Shown piece after piece: positions 1 to 9,486 of a stretch of DNA of 64,000 nucleotides. The stretch spans positions 70,848 through 134,847 of the forward strand of contig PFRS01000008.1 in the NCBI GenBank assembly GCA_002788675.1, given 5' to 3'. This stretch comes from Candidatus Pacebacteria bacterium CG_4_9_14_0_2_um_filter_40_15 (GTDB taxonomy: Bacteria; Patescibacteriota; Microgenomatia; UBA1400; PJMF01). The position numbers and the translations under genes are program-made. The notes beneath the pieces are model-generated. The model was not told the origin of the DNA, did not search any database, and saw nothing but the letters and a program-made list of their open reading frames with translations. The stretch's first letter is position 1. Each line of letters starts with the position of its first letter.

Positions 1-1139
1 CTGTTCACTACATTCATCACTACAGCATGCCTCCATACGCATCTGGTGAAGCTGGCCGATTTGGATTCCCAAAGCGTCGTGAAATTGGTCATGGTGCACT
101 CGCCGAGCGAGCGCTCTTGCCAATGATTCCATCACAGGAAGTATTCCCTTATACAATTCATGTGGTTTCAGAAATTATGAGCTCAAATGGTTCAACATCT
201 CAAGCTTCAGTGTGTGGTTCAACCCTCTCACTTATGGCTGCAGGCGTGCCAATTAAGCGCCCAGTTTCTGGTATTGCCATGGGTCTGATGTCTGATGGTG
301 AAAAATACATTGTTCTCTCTGATATTCAAGGTCTTGAAGATCACGTGGGCGACATGGACTTTAAAGTTGCTGGTACTACCGAAGGTATTACGGCAATTCA
401 GATGGATATTAAGCTTAAAGGTATTCCTCATGAAGTCTTAGAGCGAGCACTCGAGCAAGCTCGAACTGGTCGTCTCCACATTATGGAGCAAATGCTTAAA
501 GCTCTCCCTGAAAAGAGAACTGAACTTAGTGCCTATGCACCAAAAGTGAAGCAGATTACCATTCCAGCCAACCGTATTGGTGAACTGATTGGACCAGGTG
601 GAAAAGTTATTAAAGGAATTATTGAACGCACTGGCGCTGACATTAATGTCGAAGAAGACAGTGAAAACGAAGTTGGGTTGGTTAACATTTCATCTTCAGA
701 TCAAGCTCAAATCGATGCTGCGTACAACACCATCACAAACATGATGCGCGTTATCGAAGTTGGCGAAGAGTTTGATGGCACCGTTACTCGAGTTGAAAGC
801 TACGGAGCATTTGTTGAGTATCTTCCAGGTCGCGAAGGTCTAGTACACGTGAGTGCTATGAGCACAGAGTATGTACAAGATGCTGCCGAAATGGTTAAAA
901 TAGGAGACGCTGCACACGTGCGCATTTCTGAAATTAAAGATGACGGTAAGATTGGCCTAAGCATGCTCACTGCCGAGCAGGAAGCTGAAGTGAAAGCTAA
1001 AAAAGCTGAACGAGGTGACCGAGGTGGAGATCGTGGAGGCAGCCGAGGTGGCAGTCGCTTTGGAGGAGGAGACCGTGGAGGTCGCCGCTTCGGAGGAAGA
1101 GACAGCCGCGGAGGTGACAGACGTCCTTCTAGAGACTAA
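1..1139 (+). CDS. pnp: Polynucleotide phosphorylase, C-terminal part (second RNase PH domain, KH, S1, RGG-rich tail); 5' end lies outside the window
   Basis: The frame is open from nt 3. HYSMPPYASGE matches the conserved PNPase HYNFPP(F/Y)SVGE motif. GIAMGLMSDGE...DMDFKVAGT and an S1 domain (VHVSAMSTEYV) follow. The C-terminus is a DRGG/SRGG repeat tail. Confidence 0.85.
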   Translation, partial: VHYIHHYSMPPYASGEAGRFGFPKRREIGHGALAERALLPMIPSQEVFPYTIHVVSEIMSSNGSTSQASVCGSTLSLMAAGVPIKRPVSGIAMGLMSDGEKYIVLSDIQGLEDHVGDMDFKVAGTTEGITAIQMDIKLKGIPHEVLERALEQARTGRLHIMEQMLKALPEKRTELSAYAPKVKQITIPANRIGELIGPGGKVIKGIIERTGADINVEEDSENEVGLVNISSSDQAQIDAAYNTITNMMRVIEVGEEFDGTVTRVESYGAFVEYLPGREGLVHVSAMSTEYVQDAAEMVKIGDAAHVRISEIKDDGKIGLSMLTAEQEAEVKAKKAERGDRGGDRGGSRGGSRFGGGDRGGRRFGGRDSRGGDRRPSRD

Positions 1140-1170
1140 GTCTATCGATCGTTCTTAATTGAAAGTAGAA

Positions 1171-1199
1171 GCGCCAGGCAAATTGCCTGGCGCTTTTTG
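1171..1199 (+). terminator. Rho-independent terminator after pnp
   Basis: Hairpin gcgccaggcaaattgcctggcgc followed by TTTTT. Confidence 0.7.
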
Positions 1200-1243
1200 T
1201 TATACGTAGTTTAATAATAAGCACTATATCTACAAATTTAATA

Positions 1244-1789
1244 TTAGAGATTATCAGCAAGTACCTTACTTTGAAAGAGACTAAAAAGAGTAGCAAACCA
1301 TAGAATGACGATATGTAAAAAATAACAAACCAGAGCTAGTGCCCAAAAGAAAATAAGAATACCCACCAATTTAGTTGTTCCAGTATTGAGTATAGTGATC
1401 TGGGATATAATCATGAGAATCGTTAAAATACTACTTATAATTAGTATTTTTTTCTTGTTAGAAAAAGAAAGACGGTCGGAATACTGTTTTTTAGTTAAGA
1501 ATTGAAATACTACCGCAATGGATGAAAAAAAGAATGACATTTTTGAAAACAGCATAAGAATATCGCTTTCAGTTAAGGATATATCTTCAATTTGAGAAAA
1601 TAGTGGGTGCAAAGTAAGTATGTTTTCTCCACCTTGAAGTAATGAGAATACTGGAATGACACAGAAAACAAATGATATCAACACGAAAGCTGAAAGTGGA
1701 ATATAAGCAAGGTAAAGAATTGTGTAGTGCAGTATTTGAAAAATGATAGTGACTATGATTTTGTCAGTTGTTGTAATTTTTTTTTGCAT
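1244..1789 (-). CDS. Hypothetical polytopic membrane protein
   Basis: 181-aa ORF that is highly hydrophobic with several predicted TM helices. It is co-directional with the downstream ABC-2 genes. Confidence 0.4.
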   Translation of the reverse strand: MQKKITTTDKIIVTIIFQILHYTILYLAYIPLSAFVLISFVFCVIPVFSLLQGGENILTLHPLFSQIEDISLTESDILMLFSKMSFFFSSIAVVFQFLTKKQYSDRLSFSNKKKILIISSILTILMIISQITILNTGTTKLVGILIFFWALALVCYFLHIVILWFATLFSLFQSKVLADNL

Positions 1790-1803
1790 CTACAGTGCTT
1801 ACA

Positions 1804-2598
1804 TTAATTAAACCGCCCCAACCCTAGCTTCGTACTATACGCAAAACTCCTCATAAAGAACCAAAAAGCAAATCCTAAGAAGACAATGTTAAGTCCAAAA
1901 CTTATGGCCAAATAGTCAGGACGGACCATGCCTCCCTGAATTAACGTTCTCATGGATTCAAAAATATAGGTAGTTGGAATAATTCTACTAATTGGTTGAA
2001 TAACTGCAGGAAGCTGTGAGAGTGGAAAGTAAATTGCACTAAAAGGCAATAAAATTCCAGGAAGAGTCCAGATAACGGTTTGAGCTTTTGGTCCGTAGCG
2101 CAGAACAATACCTGCTGAGATAAATCCAAGCCACCAACCAGTCATGGTAGTACTTAGGAAAAAGACAGGAATCCACCAGCCCAGTTGAAACACATTTACG
2201 GTATAAAGGAAGAAAACAGCAGGCACGAGTAACAGCAAGGTAATTGATGTTTTAATGACAGAAAGCAGAAGCACCGAAGTTACCCATTCATCAACTCGTA
2301 GTGGAGTAGAGAATAAATTAATCAGGTTATTGTTCCAAATTTCATCCATGAGATTACGGGATACTTCAGCCTGAGAACGCCAAATCACATTCCAGAAAAT
2401 AAGTCCCATCAGTATGGAAACAATCAAGATGCGTGCTTCGTCAGCATTTTGACCAGCACTACTCAGCCACTGTCCAGTTACTCCCCACAAGAGAGTGTCG
2501 ATCAGAGGCCAATAGATCATGTCGGAGAGCAAGTCAAAATCCCGTTTGAGCGGATACAAATGGCGGAGACAGAGGGCTTTTATTCTATGAAGTTTCAT
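1804..2598 (-). CDS. ABC-2 type transporter permease
   Basis: 264 aa with six hydrophobic segments. It overlaps the upstream ATPase gene by 4 nt (ATGA), typical for ABC-2 exporters. Confidence 0.6.
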   Translation of the reverse strand: MKLHRIKALCLRHLYPLKRDFDLLSDMIYWPLIDTLLWGVTGQWLSSAGQNADEARILIVSILMGLIFWNVIWRSQAEVSRNLMDEIWNNNLINLFSTPLRVDEWVTSVLLLSVIKTSITLLLLVPAVFFLYTVNVFQLGWWIPVFFLSTTMTGWWLGFISAGIVLRYGPKAQTVIWTLPGILLPFSAIYFPLSQLPAVIQPISRIIPTTYIFESMRTLIQGGMVRPDYLAISFGLNIVFLGFAFWFFMRSFAYSTKLGLGRFN

Positions 2599-3536
2599 GA
2601 TGTTGGAGTACTTACACTTAAGAAATAATCTTCGAGGGTTGGTGTATCTATAGCAATTTGTGAGTAGGTAATGCCTTCACTGGCAAGCAAAATAAGAAAG
2701 GTGGCAATTTGTTGCTCATCGATTGTGATACGTGCATCTCTTTTTGAAATTTCCACTTCCAAACTTTGTTCTTTGCAGAAGCGAGTAACTCGTTTTAATC
2801 CATCTTCAATGCGAAGCGTCATGTGTGCGGTGTTAAGAGATTGAGCCAATTTTTCTGGAGTATCGTTAGCAATAATTTTCCCTTCCTTTAAAAACAATAC
2901 CCGTTCACAGAGATCTGCAACTTCATCCATATTATGCGAGGTATACAGCACACTGGTGTTGTACTCGGCTTGTTGTTCTTTTACAAAAGCTCGTACCTGA
3001 TGGGCAATGTCAGGATCGAGCGAAGCAGTAGGCTCGTCGAGCAGCACAACTTTCGGATGCGGAATAAACGCCTTAGCCAACATAATTCGAGTAATTTGTC
3101 CGGCAGAGAGATTATTCATGGTTTTGTCACGTTGATTCCAAACGCCAAAAAACGTTAGAAATTTTTTAGCACGTGACTGAAATGTTTTTTCAGAAACACC
3201 ATACAAAAAAGCATAGATACGCAGATTTTCCATGACAGTTAATCTCCACGGCATTTTAATGTAGGTACTCGCAAACGTAACTTGATTTAAAACTTCTGAT
3301 CTATTCTCATTAAATTCTTTGCCAAAATAACTTATTTTCCCAGATGTTGCAGAAAGGTTTCCGAGTAGCATGGAGATGGTAGTAGATTTTCCAGCACCGT
3401 TTGGACCGAGTAACCCAATGATCTGCCCTTCGTCAATTGAAAACGAAATGTTATCTACCGCAGTGAAAGGCTTTTTACCTTTTTTTTCAGCTGGATAGAT
3501 TTTGGTGAGACCAGTTACTTCAAGAATTTTATTCAT
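2595..3536 (-). CDS. ABC transporter ATP-binding protein (ABC-2 / drug-exporter type)
   Basis: Walker A GPNGAGKSTT, ABC signature LSAGQ, Walker B LLDEPTASLD. Confidence 0.85.
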   Translation of the reverse strand: MNKILEVTGLTKIYPAEKKGKKPFTAVDNISFSIDEGQIIGLLGPNGAGKSTTISMLLGNLSATSGKISYFGKEFNENRSEVLNQVTFASTYIKMPWRLTVMENLRIYAFLYGVSEKTFQSRAKKFLTFFGVWNQRDKTMNNLSAGQITRIMLAKAFIPHPKVVLLDEPTASLDPDIAHQVRAFVKEQQAEYNTSVLYTSHNMDEVADLCERVLFLKEGKIIANDTPEKLAQSLNTAHMTLRIEDGLKRVTRFCKEQSLEVEISKRDARITIDEQQIATFLILLASEGITYSQIAIDTPTLEDYFLSVSTPTS

Positions 3537-3660
3537 GCCAAGACAAATATGATATCACATCTGAATTATCAAAAATAGTTGGACGATTCTAGAAAAGATA
3601 TACTGCCGAAAATGTTTTTTATTTGCTATCATGTGATTAGTATTTTCTAATAGAAAAATT

Positions 3661-5178
3661 ATGACAGAAGTTCCAACTCAGGAAAGAGGTATGATTGAAA
3701 AAACAGCAAAGAAAAGGTTTTCTTTGGCTGAGTTACAAAAAAAATGGCAATCTCTGTTCCATGGGGATGAAGATACAGATACAGATAAAGATAAAGAACC
3801 AAGTGATCCTTTTTTTGTTGATGATCTAACAGATATAGCAAATAGTTTAGAAATATCTACAAAATATCCAGGTGATGATTACGAAAAGAGAGATTTTACG
3901 AGGCTAGGATCAGAGTTATTACAAGGTAATAGACTCCTTTCTGTCTCCCAAAATCATACTCTTGATGCTTCTCCACTGTTAGTAGTTGCAAAGGATTCAT
4001 CGGGTGATAGCAGTGGTAAGAGAGCTATTAAAAGTGAGTCAGACCTTGCAGCTTTGTTTGAAACAGGCAGAGATCTAAGCGTACCATGCTATTTTGATCT
4101 TGAATCAAAAAAATTAGTTGTTTTTTTGGGTGATGTGTATGGACACGTGCATCATGGTGTTGAAGCTAATACTCATAGAGATACATACAAGGCAGTAATT
4201 TTAAGTAGGGCACTTGCTATTGCTTCATACGATTCACCAGAAACTGATCCCGAAAGTGAATCTGATGATGATTTGGAACACCAAAAAAAACTAAAAGCTG
4301 TGATCAAAAATCCAAGTGAATTTAAAGATGGAACGGTTCTGTCATGTAATATTTTTGAGAGTAATGGTAGGCGCGTCATTGATTTGTCTAGTAAGAGAGT
4401 TACTCCTGAGTTAATACAGATTCTTAAGAATCTTAATATTCTTCTTTTGGATGAGTATATTGATTTAATGAGTTCTGAAAATGGTGGGTTGCGTACTGCA
4501 ATTGAAGAAATATTAGGAGAAAAACTAACGAATGATTCCTTTATTCGTCGAGTACTTGCAGATTTCAACTATGCCAACCAAGCAGCATATTGGGCTGAAG
4601 ATCAAGGTGGTATCATTTTTTCACCAGGACTTTTTATAGGAACTTGTCCTGAGGAAGATTTAGGAGGTTGGGAACCGTTTAGAACGAGATCATTTAGAGA
4701 GATGAACAGTGATTCTTATGATATGTATGCTGACTTACTCTTAGCAGGACAATCTGTTCCCATATCAATGGTTGTATACAAGAACAGACAAAATGGCAAA
4801 TGTGCGTTTGTTGTCAGTGAAAGTCATCCAGATGCAGCACGTTATTTTTCTAGTGTAGCTAAGCCTGGGAGAATGGGTTTTAGTCACAGATATGCTGTGG
4901 CAGATTTAACAGGTGAAATTGCAATTGATATGGAAGGTTTGAGAGCACACGTCATGAATCTTGAGGACGATGAGATTAATCCAGAAACATTCCCTTTAAA
5001 AATTACAGTTACTGGGATAAATCGTGCTCCTCTAGAAGAAGATTTAATTTCAAAAGAGCATCTCTTCCCTACTAAGCCAAAACGAAAGGATTGGCCAGAA
5101 CACTTGGGAGATGAAAAGGATTTGACTGCTGGACATGTGAAGATGCAGGTGTCGCCAGATATCTTTATTGACTCTTAA
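3661..5178 (+). CDS. Hypothetical protein, 505 aa, acidic N-terminus (DTDTDKDKE), no recognisable domain
   Basis: Long uninterrupted ORF. The antisense LYLYLY ORF at 3659-3841 is an artefact of the gat-aca/gat-aaa repeat. Confidence 0.5.
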   Translation: MTEVPTQERGMIEKTAKKRFSLAELQKKWQSLFHGDEDTDTDKDKEPSDPFFVDDLTDIANSLEISTKYPGDDYEKRDFTRLGSELLQGNRLLSVSQNHTLDASPLLVVAKDSSGDSSGKRAIKSESDLAALFETGRDLSVPCYFDLESKKLVVFLGDVYGHVHHGVEANTHRDTYKAVILSRALAIASYDSPETDPESESDDDLEHQKKLKAVIKNPSEFKDGTVLSCNIFESNGRRVIDLSSKRVTPELIQILKNLNILLLDEYIDLMSSENGGLRTAIEEILGEKLTNDSFIRRVLADFNYANQAAYWAEDQGGIIFSPGLFIGTCPEEDLGGWEPFRTRSFREMNSDSYDMYADLLLAGQSVPISMVVYKNRQNGKCAFVVSESHPDAARYFSSVAKPGRMGFSHRYAVADLTGEIAIDMEGLRAHVMNLEDDEINPETFPLKITVTGINRAPLEEDLISKEHLFPTKPKRKDWPEHLGDEKDLTAGHVKMQVSPDIFIDS

Positions 5179-5240
5179 TGCATACATTTTATACCAAAGC
5201 TTAAATAGAGTTTATTGTCAAAATCAAGTATACTTACTCT

Positions 5241-6113
5241 ATGACTATCGACGCATTACGAACAGCCGAGGGTATGATTACGCTTCTTGAGCTCGACAGA
5301 GTACCCGTGTTGGCCGATGCATTAGAGCTGAGAATGTCGGTTCCAGAGCAAGCGCAAATTTTAGACGAACTTACTGGAGCTATGGTTTCATCATTTTCAC
5401 CTCATGTGGCAGGAGTGGTGTTTTCACCAGAACATACGTTTAATCATATTTCACAGTTAGCTGATCAAGCTACTCCTGTGTTGAGTTTAGAGAAAAAAAC
5501 AGCAGCAGTAGACCCACTTATTCCTCCAATATTTGTAGATAACTGGGGAGTTGAAAGTGTTTCAAACAATTATGGAGTTGCCAAGTTAGAGTTGTACTAT
5601 AATCCTGCCGAAGAGCAAGCTGCTCTAAAAAAACAGATTGTGGCTGAAATTCATGACTACTGTAAATACGAAGGTATTCACTTTATTTTAGAGTTACTGG
5701 TGTATCATCGTGCCAATGAAAAACCGTCACCACAGGGCTTGCTTGATACGCAACTGACTGCGGTTCAGGAATTCAGAGACAGTTGCGATGTATTGGCGCT
5801 TGAATACCTAGGAGACAGTTTAGCTGCAGTTACGATTACAGCCGAGTTAGATATCCCTTGGATTCTTACCGGCAGAGATCAAGATTATGAGCAAACGAAA
5901 CTAGATTTGCGAGCTGCTCTAGAAGGTGGCGCCCAAGGGTTTTTACTTGGTGATATTTTTTGGCCACATATTGATCATGCCCAACATGATAGTGGTGAAG
6001 TTTCCGTCTCCATGTTAGTTGCAGAAATTCAAAAACAGGGCAGAGACCACGTGATTGAACTCAGTCGTATTACAAAAGAATTTGCTTCGGCAAATGGAGA
6101 ACAAACTACGTAG
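5241..6113 (+). CDS. Class I aldolase of the LacD (tagatose-1,6-bisphosphate aldolase) family, putative
   Basis: [13 protein letters not shown]...[28 protein letters not shown] aligns with LacD KFLLYYDIDGD...[36 protein letters not shown] matches VLKVEVP. Confidence 0.45.
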   Translation: [290 protein letters not shown]

Positions 6114-6126
6114 AAGAAAGGATCCT

Positions 6127-6429
6127 ATGAGCGGACTTATCCAAAAAATGACGTATTTATTAGTTTCACTGATTGAGCTTATGCTCTCACTTCGCTTTGT
6201 GGCGAGACTATTTGGGGCAAGTTCCCAGGCTCCTTTTATTGCTTGGCTCTATGAGAACACCGCTCCTTTGTTAGCTCCATTCTTGTATGTGTTTCCTTCT
6301 CCAAGTGTTAAGGGACGATTTGTACTCGAATTTTCAACATTGTTCGCAATTTTTGTGTACTCATTTGGTGCCTATCTCATTCTTGAAGTTATGAGCATGC
6401 TGGGAAGTTTTGAAAATAAGAAAAAATAA
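6127..6429 (+). CDS. Small hypothetical membrane protein
   Basis: The ORF-track start at 6055 overlaps the preceding gene. The ATG at 6127 (MSGLIQKM) removes the overlap. The product has two hydrophobic helices. Confidence 0.4.
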   Translation: MSGLIQKMTYLLVSLIELMLSLRFVARLFGASSQAPFIAWLYENTAPLLAPFLYVFPSPSVKGRFVLEFSTLFAIFVYSFGAYLILEVMSMLGSFENKKK

Positions 6430-6432
6430 ATT

Positions 6433-6912
6433 ATGAAAATAACTGTTACTAAAGTTTTACCGATTGCCATCAGCTTAATAGTTGCATCAATACAGCGTGC
6501 GGCCTTAGTACTTGTTGTGGCAGTGTTCGGTGTAGCATTTTTACTCGCTGCCATGCAAATTTTACCCGAAAGCTCAATACAGCCTGTTGCCTTTGCAATT
6601 GGAAGTATAGTTTTACTTGCTTATTGGATGGCTAAAGTAATTGATGCTTCACTTCAAGCTAAAGGAAGTTATATGGAACTTTCAACGTCACAACTTTCTG
6701 GAGCAACTACTGGATTTAGCAGTAATAGTTTTACCGTTCCCATTAAAAAAATTGCCACTATATATATACATCAGGATTTTGTTGATAAGTTATTTGGCGT
6801 ATCTGCTATAGTGTTTACACAGATGAACTCAACAGTGAGTGTGTATGGTTTTGATCACGTCGATGCACAAGAGTTTGTTAAAAAGTTTGCCGATCTACAA
6901 AGTAAAAAATAA
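6433..6912 (+). CDS. Membrane protein with a bacterial PH (bPH_2/YdbT-like) domain, putative
   Basis: Two N-terminal TM helices followed by a C-terminal segment ([29 protein letters not shown]) typical of bPH_2 domains. Confidence 0.4.
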   Translation: MKITVTKVLPIAISLIVASIQRAALVLVVAVFGVAFLLAAMQILPESSIQPVAFAIGSIVLLAYWMAKVIDASLQAKGSYMELSTSQLSGATTGFSSNSFTVPIKKIATIYIHQDFVDKLFGVSAIVFTQMNSTVSVYGFDHVDAQEFVKKFADLQSKK

Positions 6913-6926
6913 TACGAAGGACATAT

Positions 6927-7526
6927 ATGTTTACCCTCCCAAAACTTCCGTACGAATTTGCAGCCCTCGAGCCACACATCGACGCTAAAACAATGGAAAT
7001 TCATTATGGAAAGCACCATCAAGGTTATACCGATAAGTTAAACGCAGCAATTGAAGGTTCAGCATTGGCGGATCAAACAATTGAAGAGATTCTTGCTCAT
7101 GTTTCAGAAGAATCAACAGCAGTGCGTAATAATGGTGGAGGTTTTTATAACCACAGTCTATTCTGGTCCATTCTTAGCCCAAAGTCGGGTGTACCAACTG
7201 GAGCACTTGCTTCTGCAATAGATGATTCATTTGGCTCATTTGAAGAGTTTAAAACTCAATTCAGCAATGCTGCTGCCACACAATTTGGTTCTGGCTGGGC
7301 ATGGTTAGTTGTTCAAGATGGAAAGTTATCAGTAGGTTCAACACCTAACCAGGATAATCCTCTTATGGACACTACTGGTCTTGATGGTACGCCAATTCTT
7401 GGTTTAGATGTATGGGAACATGCCTATTATCTTAACTACCAAAATCGCCGACCAGACTATATCGCTGCATTCTGGAATGTTGTAAACTGGGATGAGGTCG
7501 CTCGTCGATTTGAAGCTGCCAAGTAG
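6927..7526 (+). CDS. sodA: Superoxide dismutase (Fe/Mn family)
   Basis: [31 protein letters not shown], and the DVWEHAYY motif. Confidence 0.9.
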   Translation: MFTLPKLPYEFAALEPHIDAKTMEIHYGKHHQGYTDKLNAAIEGSALADQTIEEILAHVSEESTAVRNNGGGFYNHSLFWSILSPKSGVPTGALASAIDDSFGSFEEFKTQFSNAAATQFGSGWAWLVVQDGKLSVGSTPNQDNPLMDTTGLDGTPILGLDVWEHAYYLNYQNRRPDYIAAFWNVVNWDEVARRFEAAK

Positions 7527-7592
7527 TTCTACTCAGGTATATCACTAAAATTATTTTGCCCGTAAGGGCCGCAACTTGCTTAGGAAGGTCTA

Positions 7593-8177
7593 ATGTTACA
7601 GGTTATTCTTGATGTTGAAACCAAGAAAACATTTGATGAAGTCGGTGGTTTTTTTCCAGAAAAACTCGGCATCTCATTTGTTGGGGTATGTGTTCGTGAA
7701 GGTTTCACAGGAAAAGGTGAGATGCAAAGTTATTTTGAAAAAGATCTCCCAAATTTATTTCCCTTGCTTGAAAAAGCTGATGTCGTAATTGGATTCAATA
7801 TTGATAACTTTGACATGCCAACGTTTACCAATTACTACAATGCCGATATCAGTAAAATTCCAACACTCGATGTTATGAATCGCATTAAAGATAGTGTTGG
7901 TCATCGTATTGGTCTGGATGCAGTTGCTCAGGAAACACTGGGAATTGGTAAAACTGGTGATGGTCTGGATGCTATTAAGTACTTCAATAATAAGGAGTGG
8001 GAAAAGCTGGAAAAGTACTGTCTGCAAGATGTCGCAGTAACGCGAGACGTCTATGATTATGGTTTGCAAAAAGGCCATGTAAAGTTTAAAAATAAATGGA
8101 ATCGTCTTATCGAAGCGCAGGTTGATTTTAGTTTTACGCCTCAAAAAGATGCTGGGGTGCAGATGAGTCTTTTATAA
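7593..8177 (+). CDS. RNase H-like 3'-5' exonuclease (DEDDy type), putative
   Basis: The ILDVETK exo I-like motif and a C-terminal YCLQDV (YxxxD) motif. Confidence 0.45.
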   Translation: MLQVILDVETKKTFDEVGGFFPEKLGISFVGVCVREGFTGKGEMQSYFEKDLPNLFPLLEKADVVIGFNIDNFDMPTFTNYYNADISKIPTLDVMNRIKDSVGHRIGLDAVAQETLGIGKTGDGLDAIKYFNNKEWEKLEKYCLQDVAVTRDVYDYGLQKGHVKFKNKWNRLIEAQVDFSFTPQKDAGVQMSLL

Positions 8178-8322
8178 CACATGTATGTTTTGACCCGGTT
8201 GAGGCATGTAGTGATATATTAAAGAATTTGGTTTCAACCTACACAAAATTACGCGTGCTGTGAGCTTATTTTATGTAACAAATGTAATTTTGTAGTGTCA
8301 AAACATACATGTGTTATAAAAG
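8169..8322. repeat. Perfect 26-bp inverted repeat (8169-8194 and 8297-8322) enclosing 102 bp of intergenic DNA
   Basis: cttttataacacatgtatgttttgac is the exact reverse complement of gtcaaaacatacatgtgttataaaag. Smaller nested inverted repeats lie inside. Confidence 0.8.
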
Positions 8323-8348
8323 TGGGTAATGTTAGAATAAACAGAACT

Positions 8349-8888
8349 ATGACACTAAACACTTCAACTCCCAAACTTTGTTATACCGCAGGCGGCATGC
8401 TCATCCACGAAGGCAAAGTCTTGCTAGTTAAACACAAAAAGCTCGGCATTTGGCTCAATCCAGGTGGTCACATCGAAGAAGATGAGCTTCCACATCAGGC
8501 CGCAGAACGTGAATTTTGGGAAGAGACTGGCGTAAAAGTTTGCGCGATAGATCCGTACAATGATTCATTGGTGGGAAAAGGTACTGATTCTGAGTTTTTT
8601 CCAAATCCCATTTCAACCAATGTGCACTGGGTGAACCGTGAGAGTTATGATTTGCGTATGCAGGCAGAAGACTCCTTGAAACGTGTTCCAACAAAAAAAT
8701 GGAAAAGAGGTTGTGAGCAACATGTAGGTTTCTTCTATTTACTCGCATCAGTTGGTAGCGTTGAGTTCACACAAAATGTTGAAGAAACAGATGGTATAGC
8801 TTGGTTTTCTAACGAAGAAATTTCAACACTAGAGACTACAGAAGATATTCGCACAGAAATTTTGCGTGGGTTTGCCTTAAAAAAATAG
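8349..8888 (+). CDS. NUDIX hydrolase
   Basis: Nudix box GGHIEEDELPHQAAEREFWEETGV. The start was moved to the ATG at 8349 (MTLNT), downstream of the inverted repeat. Confidence 0.75.
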   Translation: MTLNTSTPKLCYTAGGMLIHEGKVLLVKHKKLGIWLNPGGHIEEDELPHQAAEREFWEETGVKVCAIDPYNDSLVGKGTDSEFFPNPISTNVHWVNRESYDLRMQAEDSLKRVPTKKWKRGCEQHVGFFYLLASVGSVEFTQNVEETDGIAWFSNEEISTLETTEDIRTEILRGFALKK

Positions 8889-8999
8889 TACTCACTTTGC
8901 TACAAAATTACTTTGATTCTTTCAGGTTTCTCTCAGTATTTTTTAATACACTACTTCCTGTTATAAGAGCATATACTATGAATAAAGAAAGTAAGTCAT

Positions 9000-9464
9000 A
9001 TGAAAGACGCAGAAGAATCAAAAGGTAAAAAGTTGGACGCAGTTTCAGATTCGCAGATTACTCCACATTCCCCAAAAAAGAAAAAAACCGAAAAACGGAT
9101 GGTACTGAAAGTTGCTTTAGGTGTATTGGCAGTTATTGTGGCACTTAGTGCATTTCAATATTTCAGTTATCAAGCTCAGGCTGCAAAACGTCGTGAAGCT
9201 CAAATTAAGCAAGAAGAAATTCTGGTGTCTCACTGGACCGAGCAAGGTCTAAGCGACGAAGAAATTCAAACAAAACTAACAGAAACCCGCCGAGAAAGTT
9301 TTAATCCTGATGATGCTCCGTTGATGTTCCAAATTCTTCGTACCGTGCGCCATGCAACCGGCACTGGTCCAGGTACAGGTGGTGGCCCTGGTTCTGGAAT
9401 GGGTGATGGTCTTACCGGTGGTACTCCTGGAACAGGTATGGGTGGAGGGCAACAAGCTCGCTAA
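9000..9464 (+). CDS. Hypothetical membrane-anchored protein with a Gly-rich C-terminal tail
   Basis: N-terminal TM helix and a TGTGPGTGGGPGSGMGDG tail. Confidence 0.4.
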   Translation: MKDAEESKGKKLDAVSDSQITPHSPKKKKTEKRMVLKVALGVLAVIVALSAFQYFSYQAQAAKRREAQIKQEEILVSHWTEQGLSDEEIQTKLTETRRESFNPDDAPLMFQILRTVRHATGTGPGTGGGPGSGMGDGLTGGTPGTGMGGGQQAR

Positions 9465-9486
9465 TCTGAAAATTTAGAAAGAACGT

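Noticed and set aside
1003-1125. Tandem short repeats as a CRISPR array
   Set aside because: They are degenerate 9-12-nt coding repeats that specify an RGG tail in frame. They lack the 25-40-nt repeat and spacer architecture.
3659-3841. Minus-strand 60-aa ORF with LYLYLYLYL
   Set aside because: It is antisense to the acidic DTDTDKDKE repeat of the 505-aa gene, so it is an artefact of the gat-aca/gat-aaa repeat.
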